Origin: Smithellaceae bacterium
Lineage (GTDB): Bacteria; Desulfobacterota; Syntrophia; Syntrophales; Smithellaceae
NCBI GenBank assembly: GCA_030690945.1
Contig: JAUYFM010000068.1
Location: 70,751-134,750 of the forward strand
DNA length: 64,000 bases
Reading direction: 5' to 3'
Shown here: positions 1-7,888 of the stretch, piece by piece
Layout of the letters: the number at the start of each line of letters is the position of its first letter
Numbering within the stretch: the stretch's first letter is position 1
Translations under genes and position numbers: made by a program
Notes under the pieces: generated by a model
Told to the model about the DNA's origin: nothing
Seen by the model: only the letters and a program-made list of their open reading frames with translations
Databases searched by the model: none

Positions 1-110
1 CAACAAGTCCTGAAATCATTAAATTTCTAAAGAAAGGAGGCTTAAAAACACAACCGCTTATGATGGTTGGGGATTTGAAATCTGTGACAAAAAATTTAAG
101 GAGGTCGTAA

Positions 111-500
111 ATGAAAAAGAGTTTAATTTATTCTGTTTTGGCGATTGTGTTGGTTATTGTTTCCGCTCCTTTCGTATTGGCAGCTCAGGGAGCGGCAGCA
201 GCGGTTCCTGCAGCAGCGGTTCCTGCAGGAACAGTTGATTACACAAAGGCCATTGTTATTGGTTGTTCCCTGATTGCGGCCGGCCTGGCCATTGCTTTTG
301 GAACAATCGGAACTGGTAATGGTATGGGCGCCGGTTTAAATGGTGCGACAAACGCTGTTGGTAGGAATCCTGAAGCTCAGGGCAAAATTCTTCTCACCAT
401 GATGGTCGGTCTGGCCATGATTGAATCACTGGCGATTTACGCGCTGGTTGTCGCGCTGATCGTGCTTTACGCCAATCCGCTGCTTAAGTATATTGGCTAA
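111..500 (+). CDS. atpE: F0F1 ATP synthase subunit c with ~40-aa N-terminal extension
   Basis: C-terminal two-helix hairpin: Gly-rich helix 1 ([12 protein letters not shown]), polar loop GRNPE, helix-2 carboxylate in [12 protein letters not shown]-terminus LYANP. SD aaggagg lies just upstream of the ATG. Confidence 0.85.
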   Translation: MKKSLIYSVLAIVLVIVSAPFVLAAQGAAAAVPAAAVPAGTVDYTKAIVIGCSLIAAGLAIAFGTIGTGNGMGAGLNGATNAVGRNPEAQGKILLTMMVGLAMIESLAIYALVVALIVLYANPLLKYIG

Positions 501-523
501 TCATTATTGTTATTATAGAAATC

Positions 524-562
524 AGGGAGGGGGAGCGTACATCGACTTTCCCTCCCTTTTTT
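524..562 (+). terminator. Rho-independent terminator after atpE
   Basis: gggaggg (525-531) pairs with ccctccc (550-556), followed by a T6 run. Confidence 0.6.
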
Positions 563-564
563 AG

Positions 565-727
565 TTAGACTCAAACAGGACAAGCGTAGCGCAGTCATGT
601 TTGCTAGTCTAACTTATCCCGCAAAGCGAAGCGACGCGGGGTTAGTGATACCTCAAATTCCCGAAGCGTAGCGCAGTCATGTTTGTTAGTCTAACTTATC
701 CCGCAGAGCGACGCGACGCGGGATTTC
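565..727. repeat. Tandem ~80-bp structured repeat (2 units)
   Basis: agcgtagcgcagtcatgtttg(c/t)tagtctaacttatcccgc...gcggg occurs at 582-641 and again at 663-723. Each unit ends in a cccgc/gcggg hairpin. Confidence 0.6.
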
Positions 728-750
728 TGACACAACTGATTTTCCCCTTA

Positions 751-1158
751 TCATTCCTCAATAACAACTTTACTGCGTGACTCTTTTTTCTCAGCTTGCT
801 GATGTTTCGCGACCAGAATTTTTTCTTTGGCCCGTTTACTTCGTTTTCTCTTTTGGCGGCGCAGTTTTTCTATCCTTTCTTGTTCTTCAGCGATGAACCC
901 TTTTTGCTGCAGTTCAATTTTTTCCAACAAGAGTCGGCGCGCCAGATGACGGTTTAATGATTGGGATCTTTCCCGCTGACATTTGACCGAAAGACCGGTG
1001 GGGATGTGGACGAGATGAACACAAGAAGAGGTTTTATTAACCTTTTGTCCTCCGGGTCCGGAAGAACGAACAAAAGATTCCTCAAAATCGTTTTCGGAAA
1101 CACCGAGTTCCTGCATCCTGAAAGCTAACGCTTTTTCTTTTTCTGCGGATACCGGCAT
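751..1158 (-). CDS. arfB: ArfB-like peptidyl-tRNA hydrolase (RF-1 domain protein, ribosome rescue)
   Basis: 135 aa with the GGQ motif (SSGPGGQKVNKTSS) and a Lys/Arg-rich C-terminal tail (RRQKRKRSKRAKEK). Confidence 0.75.
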   Translation of the reverse strand: MPVSAEKEKALAFRMQELGVSENDFEESFVRSSGPGGQKVNKTSSCVHLVHIPTGLSVKCQRERSQSLNRHLARRLLLEKIELQQKGFIAEEQERIEKLRRQKRKRSKRAKEKILVAKHQQAEKKESRSKVVIEE

Positions 1159-1173
1159 AATCGATTCTTTTAG

Positions 1174-1605
1174 TTAAGGGATTGAATAAATTTCGTCGCC
1201 GATTTGATGAATCCAGTTTTCCGTGAGTATTTCTCTGGCTTCTTCCAGTTTATCGACGCCAATAATAACGATGGTTTCTTTTCCGATCCGGTTGATGGTT
1301 GTATAGAGATAAAGAATATTGATCTCTGCTTTGGCCAGCGGTTTCAAGATGGCATTGATGCCGCCTGTATGGAGGGGGACTTCAGCGGCCAGCACCGGAG
1401 TTACTTCAAAGTTGAAATTGAAACTGCTTAAAAGCGCTGCCGCGCGGTCGGGATCATTGACGACAAGGCGAACCCTGCTGTCATGTTCGATGCTGGCGGC
1501 TGATACAGCTATCGTTCCGATATCTTCGGCATCAAGAATATGGGTAATTTTGGCAAAAGAACCGGGAACATTGCCTAATAGAATGGAAATTTGTTTGACG
1601 GCCAT
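1174..1605 (-). CDS. ACT-domain protein (tandem ACT-like)
   Basis: 143 aa with two beta-alpha-beta-beta-alpha-beta-like halves (ISILLGNVPGSFAKITHIL... / VLAAEVPLHTGGINAILKPLA...). Last structural gene of the oxidoreductase operon. Confidence 0.55.
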   Translation of the reverse strand: MAVKQISILLGNVPGSFAKITHILDAEDIGTIAVSAASIEHDSRVRLVVNDPDRAAALLSSFNFNFEVTPVLAAEVPLHTGGINAILKPLAKAEINILYLYTTINRIGKETIVIIGVDKLEEAREILTENWIHQIGDEIYSIP

Positions 1606-1617
1606 AAAATATCCTTC

Positions 1618-2157
1618 TTAATCCTTGATATAATCGAATCCGGCGGCGAACGCTTTGCGGTTAATTTCGGCCAGAGTTTTTTTTCGGCTGCCCATAATTA
1701 TTTCCAGGCTTTTGAGGTAAATGTCGGGTGAAACAACATTCGATTTTTTAATAAAGGCCCCCATCATAATGACATTGGCGACCCGATTGTTGCCGAGCTC
1801 CTGAGCCATGTCGGCGCAGGGGACACAGAAAGTTTTTACATCCTGTCGGTTGGGACGCGCGTCAATAATGGAGGAATTAATGAAAATACTTCCACCGGCG
1901 CTTACCTTATTCTGAAAAGTAAAAAGGGAAGGCAAATTCATCACAATCAGATAGTCCGGTTCCGAGGCAACAGGAGACGCAATCTCCTCATCGCCTACCG
2001 CTACGGTGCAGTTGGCTGTGCCTCCGCGCATTTCCGCGCCGTAAGCGGGAAGATACGTAACATGATAGCCCTTGTTCATGGCGCTGTTGGCCAGACTGAT
2101 GCCCATCATCAAAACGCCCTGGCCGCCGAAGCCGGAAAAAATGGTCTTCACGATCAT
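1618..2157 (-). CDS. 2-oxoacid:ferredoxin oxidoreductase, gamma subunit
   Basis: N-terminal GFGGQGV motif typical of KOR/POR/VOR gamma subunits. 4-nt overlap with the beta subunit. Confidence 0.8.
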   Translation of the reverse strand: MIVKTIFSGFGGQGVLMMGISLANSAMNKGYHVTYLPAYGAEMRGGTANCTVAVGDEEIASPVASEPDYLIVMNLPSLFTFQNKVSAGGSIFINSSIIDARPNRQDVKTFCVPCADMAQELGNNRVANVIMMGAFIKKSNVVSPDIYLKSLEIIMGSRKKTLAEINRKAFAAGFDYIKD

Positions 2158-2927
2158 GGCGCTGCCTCCGCGGTTTTCTTTGCCTCGGCAATGTTGTCTT
2201 TATAGATGCCGGGGGGATATTCTTTGCTCAGAACATCATCAATCCATTTGCATGAATCAATAGATGACATTTTCCAGTTGGTCGGGCATAAAGACAGAAT
2301 CTCCACCATCGAAAAACCCAGACCGTCGATTTGGCACTGAAAGGCTTTTCTGATGGCTTTTTTGGTTTTGTTAACACCTGCCGGGGAACTTACCGAACAT
2401 CTTTCGATATAAGTTGTTCCTCCCAGCTGAGAAAAGATTTCGCTGACCTTGACAGGATGACCATCCAATTCTTTTTTGCGGCCGGCCGGACTGGTCGTTG
2501 TTCTTTGACTGAGCAGGGTTGTCGGAGCCATCTGCCCGCCGGTCATGCCATAGACAGCGTTATTAATAAAAATAACGGTAATATTTTCACCGCGATTGGC
2601 GGCGTGAAGGCTCTCGGCGATACCGATGGCAGCGAGGTCCCCGTCTCCCTGATAGGAAAAAACGACGCGGTCGGGAAGGCAGCGTTTTATAGCTGATGCC
2701 ATGGCCGGGCCGCGCCCATGGGGCGCTTCAATCATATCCACGTCAAAATAATTATAGGCCAGAACGGCGCATCCCGCCGGAGGGACGCCAATCGTAATGC
2801 CTCGAATGCCCATTTCGTCAATCACTTCGGCGACAAGCCGATGAACAATACTGTGACCGCAGCCTGGACAATAGTGATAAATATTTTCTTTTAAGCTCTG
2901 GGGATGTTTAAAAACTATCTTTGCCAT
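2154..2927 (-). CDS. 2-oxoacid:ferredoxin oxidoreductase, beta (TPP-binding) subunit
   Basis: CPGCGH near the N-terminus and the TPP motif GDGD...NN (YQGDGDLAAIG...IFINNAVYGMTGGQ). Start trimmed to the ATG at 2927 (MAKIVFKHPQ), because the upstream part of the ORF overlaps the alpha subunit. Confidence 0.85.
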   Translation of the reverse strand: MAKIVFKHPQSLKENIYHYCPGCGHSIVHRLVAEVIDEMGIRGITIGVPPAGCAVLAYNYFDVDMIEAPHGRGPAMASAIKRCLPDRVVFSYQGDGDLAAIGIAESLHAANRGENITVIFINNAVYGMTGGQMAPTTLLSQRTTTSPAGRKKELDGHPVKVSEIFSQLGGTTYIERCSVSSPAGVNKTKKAIRKAFQCQIDGLGFSMVEILSLCPTNWKMSSIDSCKWIDDVLSKEYPPGIYKDNIAEAKKTAEAAP

Positions 2928-2961
2928 GTATTTCTGATCCTTAAAGATGGTCGATAGATGA

Positions 2962-4020
2962 TTAATCCTTTTTGTCGTAAATCTTGGCGACGACATTGGC
3001 CAGTTCTGCAGGTGTCGGCACTGCGCCCCCCGGACGTCCATGAAATTCAATATTGGCATAACCCTGCAACGCCAGGCGAACGTCTTCCAGCATCTGGCCG
3101 GTGCTCATTTCAAAAACCAGATAATTCTTAATTTTGGCCGACAAGGCCCGCAATTTCAATTCCGGGAAAGGCCAGAGGGTGATCGGACGGAATAGGCCGA
3201 CTTTCATGCCGTGGTCACGTAATCTCTTAATGGCGCCCTTGGCAATACGGGCAGCTGTTCCATACGCCACGATGACCAGATCCGCGTCATCTACTCGATG
3301 CTCTTCGTGCAGTATTTCGTTTTTAGTGATCACTTCATACTTACGAGCTAATTTCCAGTTATGTTCTTCACTGTCGATGGGATCGAGAAGAAGGCCGCGG
3401 ATGAATTTGCTTTTCCCTGTGCCCGCGCCGCGCAACATAAATTTTTCGGGATATTGACGGGGTTTTGGTTTTTTAAAGATCACCGGCTCCATCATTTGTC
3501 CCATCATGCCGTCGGCCAGAATCATCACCGGCGTGCGGTATTTGTCAGCCAGATCAAAAGCGTCCATTGTTAAATCCGCCAGTTCCTGACAGGTTGCCGG
3601 GGCAATCACGATGGTGCGATAGTCGCCATGTCCGCCGCCGCGGGTGGCTTGAAAATAATCCCCCTGAGCTGGTCGAATATTGCCCAACCCTGGGCCACCG
3701 CGCATGATATTGACAATAATACCGGGAAGTTCACAGGCGGCCATGGAAGAAATACCTTCCTGTTTTAAAGAAATACCGGGGCTGGACGACGACGTCATGA
3801 CTCTGACACCGGTGGCGCTGGAACCCGCGATCATATTGATGGCGGCCACTTCGCTTTCCGACTGAATGAAAACGCCTCCTTCGGCGTTGCGCATGTGTTC
3901 GGCCATATACTCGGTCAGTTCGTTTTGGGGAGTGATCGGATAACCGGCATAAAAACGGCAACCCGCCCGAATCCCCGCTTCGGCGATAACATTGTTTCCT
4001 GACATCAAAACTTTATTCAC
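2962..4020 (-). CDS. 2-oxoacid:ferredoxin oxidoreductase, alpha subunit
   Basis: N-terminus VNKVLMSGNNVIAEAGIRAGCRFYAGYPITP is typical of KorA/VorA. GTG at 4020 is preceded by a gagg SD. 8-nt overlap with the ferredoxin subunit stop. Confidence 0.85.
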   Translation of the reverse strand: MNKVLMSGNNVIAEAGIRAGCRFYAGYPITPQNELTEYMAEHMRNAEGGVFIQSESEVAAINMIAGSSATGVRVMTSSSSPGISLKQEGISSMAACELPGIIVNIMRGGPGLGNIRPAQGDYFQATRGGGHGDYRTIVIAPATCQELADLTMDAFDLADKYRTPVMILADGMMGQMMEPVIFKKPKPRQYPEKFMLRGAGTGKSKFIRGLLLDPIDSEEHNWKLARKYEVITKNEILHEEHRVDDADLVIVAYGTAARIAKGAIKRLRDHGMKVGLFRPITLWPFPELKLRALSAKIKNYLVFEMSTGQMLEDVRLALQGYANIEFHGRPGGAVPTPAELANVVAKIYDKKD

Positions 4021-4222
4021 GGTAAACCTCAATTGCTATATCCGGACACATCGTGGCGCAGATAGCGCAGCCGTTGCATTCCTTTTCTTCATCAACGCAG
4101 ACAGGCCGGTAACCCTGTGCATTATACTCTTTGGACGGCATGATGTGACCTTTTGGGCAGAAATAAATACAGAGGTGGCACTCCTTGCAAAGTTCCTTTT
4201 TTATCTTGATATAACCTTTCAC
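4013..4222 (-). CDS. 4Fe-4S ferredoxin-type delta subunit
   Basis: Two Cys clusters (CKECHLCIYFCP and CNGCAICATMCP). 69 aa, GTG start. Confidence 0.8.
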   Translation of the reverse strand: MKGYIKIKKELCKECHLCIYFCPKGHIMPSKEYNAQGYRPVCVDEEKECNGCAICATMCPDIAIEVYRE

Positions 4223-4344
4223 ATCATGTCCCCAAATCAGTTTTTGCCTATGAATCGATTACTTTTGGCGGATGCTATCTTGCGCATAATGTTCAGAATG
4301 TCAAGAATTTTTAGATACACATTCCTGCCATTGGAAAAAAATCA

Positions 4345-4845
4345 TCAAATCTTGCTGATTTGAAAACCTTCCAGCTTGATAGCGACGGATCGCTGGAGTA
4401 ATTCTATGGAAATAACGAAAAGTTCTTTTTCCGGATCGCTTTTAATCACCATGCCCTCAATACCGGCAAAGGGGCCGTCCATAATCCGCGCCGGTTCTCC
4501 GGCTTTCGGATACTGCAGGGTGAACATTTCCACTTTTTTAGCCAGCAAACGCTGGATGGCGATGATTTTTGCTTCCGGCACCGGCAAAGGTTCTGTGTTT
4601 AATTTTTTCCCCAGAATTCGAACAACTCCGGTTGTTTTGAGAATAATCAGTTTGGTTTCGTTATCCAAAGAGGCTTCCACAAAAAGATAGCCGGGAAAAA
4701 GCGGCACGGATATCTTCTTTTTTCGGTCTTTTCGCTTGCTCCAAACTTCCATCTCCGGTAAAAACGTCGTCAGGTTTTTCTGCGTAAGGCCGGTAAAGGC
4801 TTTATATTCGTGACGGCTTTTTGTGGAAACGGCATACCAGGGCAT
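4345..4845 (-). CDS. NusG-family specialised paralog (UpxY/RfaH-like antiterminator)
   Basis: NGN-like N-terminus (WYAVSTKSRHE...FPGYLFV) and a KOW motif (GEPARIMDGPFAGIEGMV). ATG at 4845. Confidence 0.75.
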   Translation of the reverse strand: MPWYAVSTKSRHEYKAFTGLTQKNLTTFLPEMEVWSKRKDRKKKISVPLFPGYLFVEASLDNETKLIILKTTGVVRILGKKLNTEPLPVPEAKIIAIQRLLAKKVEMFTLQYPKAGEPARIMDGPFAGIEGMVIKSDPEKELFVISIELLQRSVAIKLEGFQISKI

Positions 4846-4937
4846 GGCAAGCACCAACTTTTAAGTGTATTGAGAATCAGTCCAGTAAAGCATGGAGACG
4901 TTTACAATAGGTATGGAGTTTTTGCAATGGAGAAAAA

Positions 4938-6557
4938 ATGAGAGTGATCCGTCTCAACGGTTTACATCTGACATTGGATGAGCAAGAGGCATGCCTGACG
5001 GCAAAGGCTGCGCAAGCGCTTAGCATTCCGGTTGCCGGCATTGCCTCATTGGCCGTTATCAAAAAAGCTCTGGATGCCCGGCGCAACAAGCCCCCTCATT
5101 TTGTTTATGCGGTAAAGATAAGTTTGACGGACATTGTGGCGCTACCGGAGACATTGCCGGAAGGAATACAGCTTTCGACGCTTCATGATGAACCGGTCAT
5201 TGACCCGTCATCAGTCGGGTCATCAGGGACTTTATCAGGGAGGCCACCCGTTGTGGTCATCGGCAGCGGTCCCGCCGGTCTTTTTGCCGCCTACACGCTT
5301 GCCGTAAAGGGCATATCTGTTTTGCTGCTGGAGAGAGGGCGACCCATCGAAAAACGCGTGGAGGATGTGCGGATATTTTGGGAAAAAAGTGTGCTTGATC
5401 CGCAAAGCAATGTTCTTTTCGGCGAAGGAGGGGCCGGGACTTTTTCCGATGGGAAATTAACCAGCCGAAGCAAAAACCCATATTCTTTGTGGGTTAAAAA
5501 AATTCTTGTAGCCATGGGTGCACAAGAGTCAATACTAGCCGACGCCAAGCCGCATATCGGCACGGACAGCTTGCGTCAAGTCATCATCCATCTAAGGAAA
5601 AAACTTATAGAGATGGGCTGTGCCATTCAGTTTGAGGCACAGGTAACGGATTTTATAATCCGGCAAGATAAAATCGCGGCAGTTGTGGTCAACGATCAGC
5701 AAGAAATAAAAGCTGATGACGTGATTCTCGCGATTGGCCAGAGCGCCGATGATACATATGGGAAATTAGATGAACGCGGCGTAAAAATGGAGGCCAAACC
5801 CTTTGCCATGGGCTTGCGTGTCGAGCACCCGCAGGCCCTGATTAATTCGATTCAGTATGGCCGGTGGTCGAATCACCCCCATTTGCCGCCGGCGGAATAT
5901 TTTGTCACCGCCACGACAGGCGGACTGAATCGTTCCGTTTATACATTTTGCATGTGTCCGGGAGGGCAGGTGATTGGTTGCAGCGCGCTTCCGGGATTTG
6001 TTATGACCAATGGCATGAGCAATAGCGAGCGAAGCGGAGAATTTGCCAACAGCGCCGTCGTTGTGAATGTGCGCGTTGAAGACTTTACTTTGGAGGGAGA
6101 GCCTCTGAGCGGTCTGGCCTTTCGCAGTCACTGGGAGAGAGAGGCTTTTTTGGCTGGTGGAGGCAACTATTGCGCCCCCGCTGAGAGGCTTTCCGGGTTT
6201 ATCGAACAAAAATCATCCGGCGTTGTCGGCCGGACAAGTTTTTTGCCCGGCGTGAAAGCCGCCGAACTTAAGGAAGTGCTGCCGAACTTTGTGTCTGATG
6301 CGTTGCGGGTCGGGATCAAACAATTCGATAAAAAAATGCCGGGTTTTATTTCTGAGGAGGCTCATGTAATCGGTGTGGAAACCAGAACGTCATCGCCGGT
6401 GCGTATTTGCCGCGGGGTTGACGGGCAAAGCGAAAATGTCCGGGGACTTTACCCCTGCGGGGAAGGCGCGGGTTACGCCGGAGGGATTATCAGTTCGGCG
6501 CTGGACGGCATTAAGGCTGCCGAGAACGTGATTGCGGCAATAAACGGCTGTCAATAA
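4938..6557 (+). CDS. FAD-dependent oxidoreductase (COG2509-like, NAD(FAD)-utilising dehydrogenase)
   Basis: Rossmann dinucleotide motif VVVIGSGPAGLFAAY...LLERG and a C-terminal GEGAGYAGGI motif. Confidence 0.7.
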   Translation: MRVIRLNGLHLTLDEQEACLTAKAAQALSIPVAGIASLAVIKKALDARRNKPPHFVYAVKISLTDIVALPETLPEGIQLSTLHDEPVIDPSSVGSSGTLSGRPPVVVIGSGPAGLFAAYTLAVKGISVLLLERGRPIEKRVEDVRIFWEKSVLDPQSNVLFGEGGAGTFSDGKLTSRSKNPYSLWVKKILVAMGAQESILADAKPHIGTDSLRQVIIHLRKKLIEMGCAIQFEAQVTDFIIRQDKIAAVVVNDQQEIKADDVILAIGQSADDTYGKLDERGVKMEAKPFAMGLRVEHPQALINSIQYGRWSNHPHLPPAEYFVTATTGGLNRSVYTFCMCPGGQVIGCSALPGFVMTNGMSNSERSGEFANSAVVVNVRVEDFTLEGEPLSGLAFRSHWEREAFLAGGGNYCAPAERLSGFIEQKSSGVVGRTSFLPGVKAAELKEVLPNFVSDALRVGIKQFDKKMPGFISEEAHVIGVETRTSSPVRICRGVDGQSENVRGLYPCGEGAGYAGGIISSALDGIKAAENVIAAINGCQ

Positions 6558-7620
6558 TGATATCAACGCCTTTTTTCATAACGCTTTGCACGGATAATAT
6601 TTTTGCCTCTTCCAGTCTGCGAATATTGAGATCGCCGATCGCTTCAATTCCTTTGCCGATAATCTTCGGCGCAATCACCGTAATCAGACGATTGATCAGG
6701 TTGCCTTGAAGGGCGGACGTAATGATTTGCGCGCCGCCTTCGATCAAAACCGAAGAAATATTTCTTGCCGCAAGGTGCTGAAGCAATTTTTTCAGATTGA
6801 CGTGGTTGCCTTCATCAGGATCAACCGTAATCAACTCAGCGCCCGTCATAGACAGGTTTTGAAAACGCGGATCGGAAGCATTTTTAGTTGTGACGATCAG
6901 CGTTGGCGTCTTAGAAAGATTTTGCATGACGTTGGCCTCCGTGGTGATGGCCAGGCCAGAATCCACGACAATTCTTAACGGATTGCGGCCGCGAACTCTT
7001 CTGACCGTCAGCGCCGGATTATCTTTGAGGACTGTTCCAATCCCCACCAGTATGGCATCATGCTCCGCCCGCAGTTGATGAGCAAATTTCAGGGATGCGG
7101 AAGAACTGATCCATTGTGACTGGCCTGTTGCCGTGGCGATGCGTCCGTCCAGCGTTTGAGCATATTTGACGGTGACAAAAGGCAGTCCCGTTTCCATGAA
7201 ATGAAAGAAGACTTCGTTGAGATCGCGGCATTCATTTTCCAGAATGCCCGTTTTAATTTCAATTCCTGCGTTTTGCAGGCATTTAATGCCCTGGCAGGAA
7301 ACCAGCGGATTGGAATCGGTGGCGCCGACCACGACGCGCGCAATTTTATGTTGGATAATTCTATCCGTACATGGAGATGTTTTACCGGAATGGCAACAGG
7401 GTTCCAGCGTCACATAAAGGGTAGAGCCTATAACATCTTCCGTCGCGTTTTGGATCGCATTGACTTCCGCGTGGTTTTGGCCGCAGCATTGATGATAGCC
7501 CTGCCCGATGATTCTGTCGTTCTTAACAATAACAGCTCCCACCATCGGATTGGGGCTGGCATAGCCCCGACCTTTAGCGGCCAGCTTCAAGGCCAATTGC
7601 ATATAGTGTTCGTCATTCAT
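6511..7620 (-). CDS. ribD: Bifunctional riboflavin biosynthesis deaminase/reductase
   Basis: Deaminase zinc motifs HAE and PCxxC (EPCCHSGKTSPC), followed by a RibD C-terminal reductase domain. Confidence 0.9.
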   Translation of the reverse strand: MNDEHYMQLALKLAAKGRGYASPNPMVGAVIVKNDRIIGQGYHQCCGQNHAEVNAIQNATEDVIGSTLYVTLEPCCHSGKTSPCTDRIIQHKIARVVVGATDSNPLVSCQGIKCLQNAGIEIKTGILENECRDLNEVFFHFMETGLPFVTVKYAQTLDGRIATATGQSQWISSSASLKFAHQLRAEHDAILVGIGTVLKDNPALTVRRVRGRNPLRIVVDSGLAITTEANVMQNLSKTPTLIVTTKNASDPRFQNLSMTGAELITVDPDEGNHVNLKKLLQHLAARNISSVLIEGGAQIITSALQGNLINRLITVIAPKIIGKGIEAIGDLNIRRLEEAKILSVQSVMKKGVDIIIDSRLLPQSRSRQP

Positions 7621-7688
7621 GTTGATTTTATTATCTCATTGACTAAACCAATGCAATCAATTTTGTGATTGGAATCACCATAAATTTA

Positions 7689-7716
7689 TTGACTTCTGAC
7701 AAAAAGGGAGTAGAAT
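7689..7716 (+). promoter_or_regulatory. Candidate sigma70 promoter for the riboswitch/pilD transcript
   Basis: TTGACT (7689-7694), 16-nt spacer, TAGAAT (7711-7716). This places the TSS about 7723, right at the 5' edge of the aptamer-like sequence. Confidence 0.5.
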
Positions 7717-7724
7717 TTTAGCCA

Positions 7725-7830
7725 AAGCTTGAAAAGGGCAAACCACCTGAAAAGGCGGGACGCAAAGTTACTGGCCTAAGTCTTTGACGGGATAAGGCGG
7801 CAGGACTGCCGGGCAGTTTGAAACAAGTCC
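7725..7830 (+). promoter_or_regulatory. GEMM-I (c-di-GMP-I) riboswitch-like aptamer
   Basis: aaaaGGGCAAACCacctGAAAaggcGGGACGCAAAGttactGGCCTAAG... matches, block for block, my recollection of the V. cholerae Vc2 aptamer (GGGCAAACC-GAAA tetraloop-GGGACGCAAAG-GGCCUAA receptor). Confidence 0.72.
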
Positions 7831-7888
7831 AGCATTCCTGAAAAATCCCATAAAAAAAAGAAGTTCAAAAATTTAGAAGAGATTTGCC

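Noticed and set aside
7621-7720. Possible FMN (RFN) riboswitch upstream of ribD on the minus strand
   Set aside because: No RFN-like conserved blocks (for example GGGCGGGG...CCCACCGGCGG-type segments) were seen. The structured RNA in this spacer is on the plus strand and matches GEMM-I instead.
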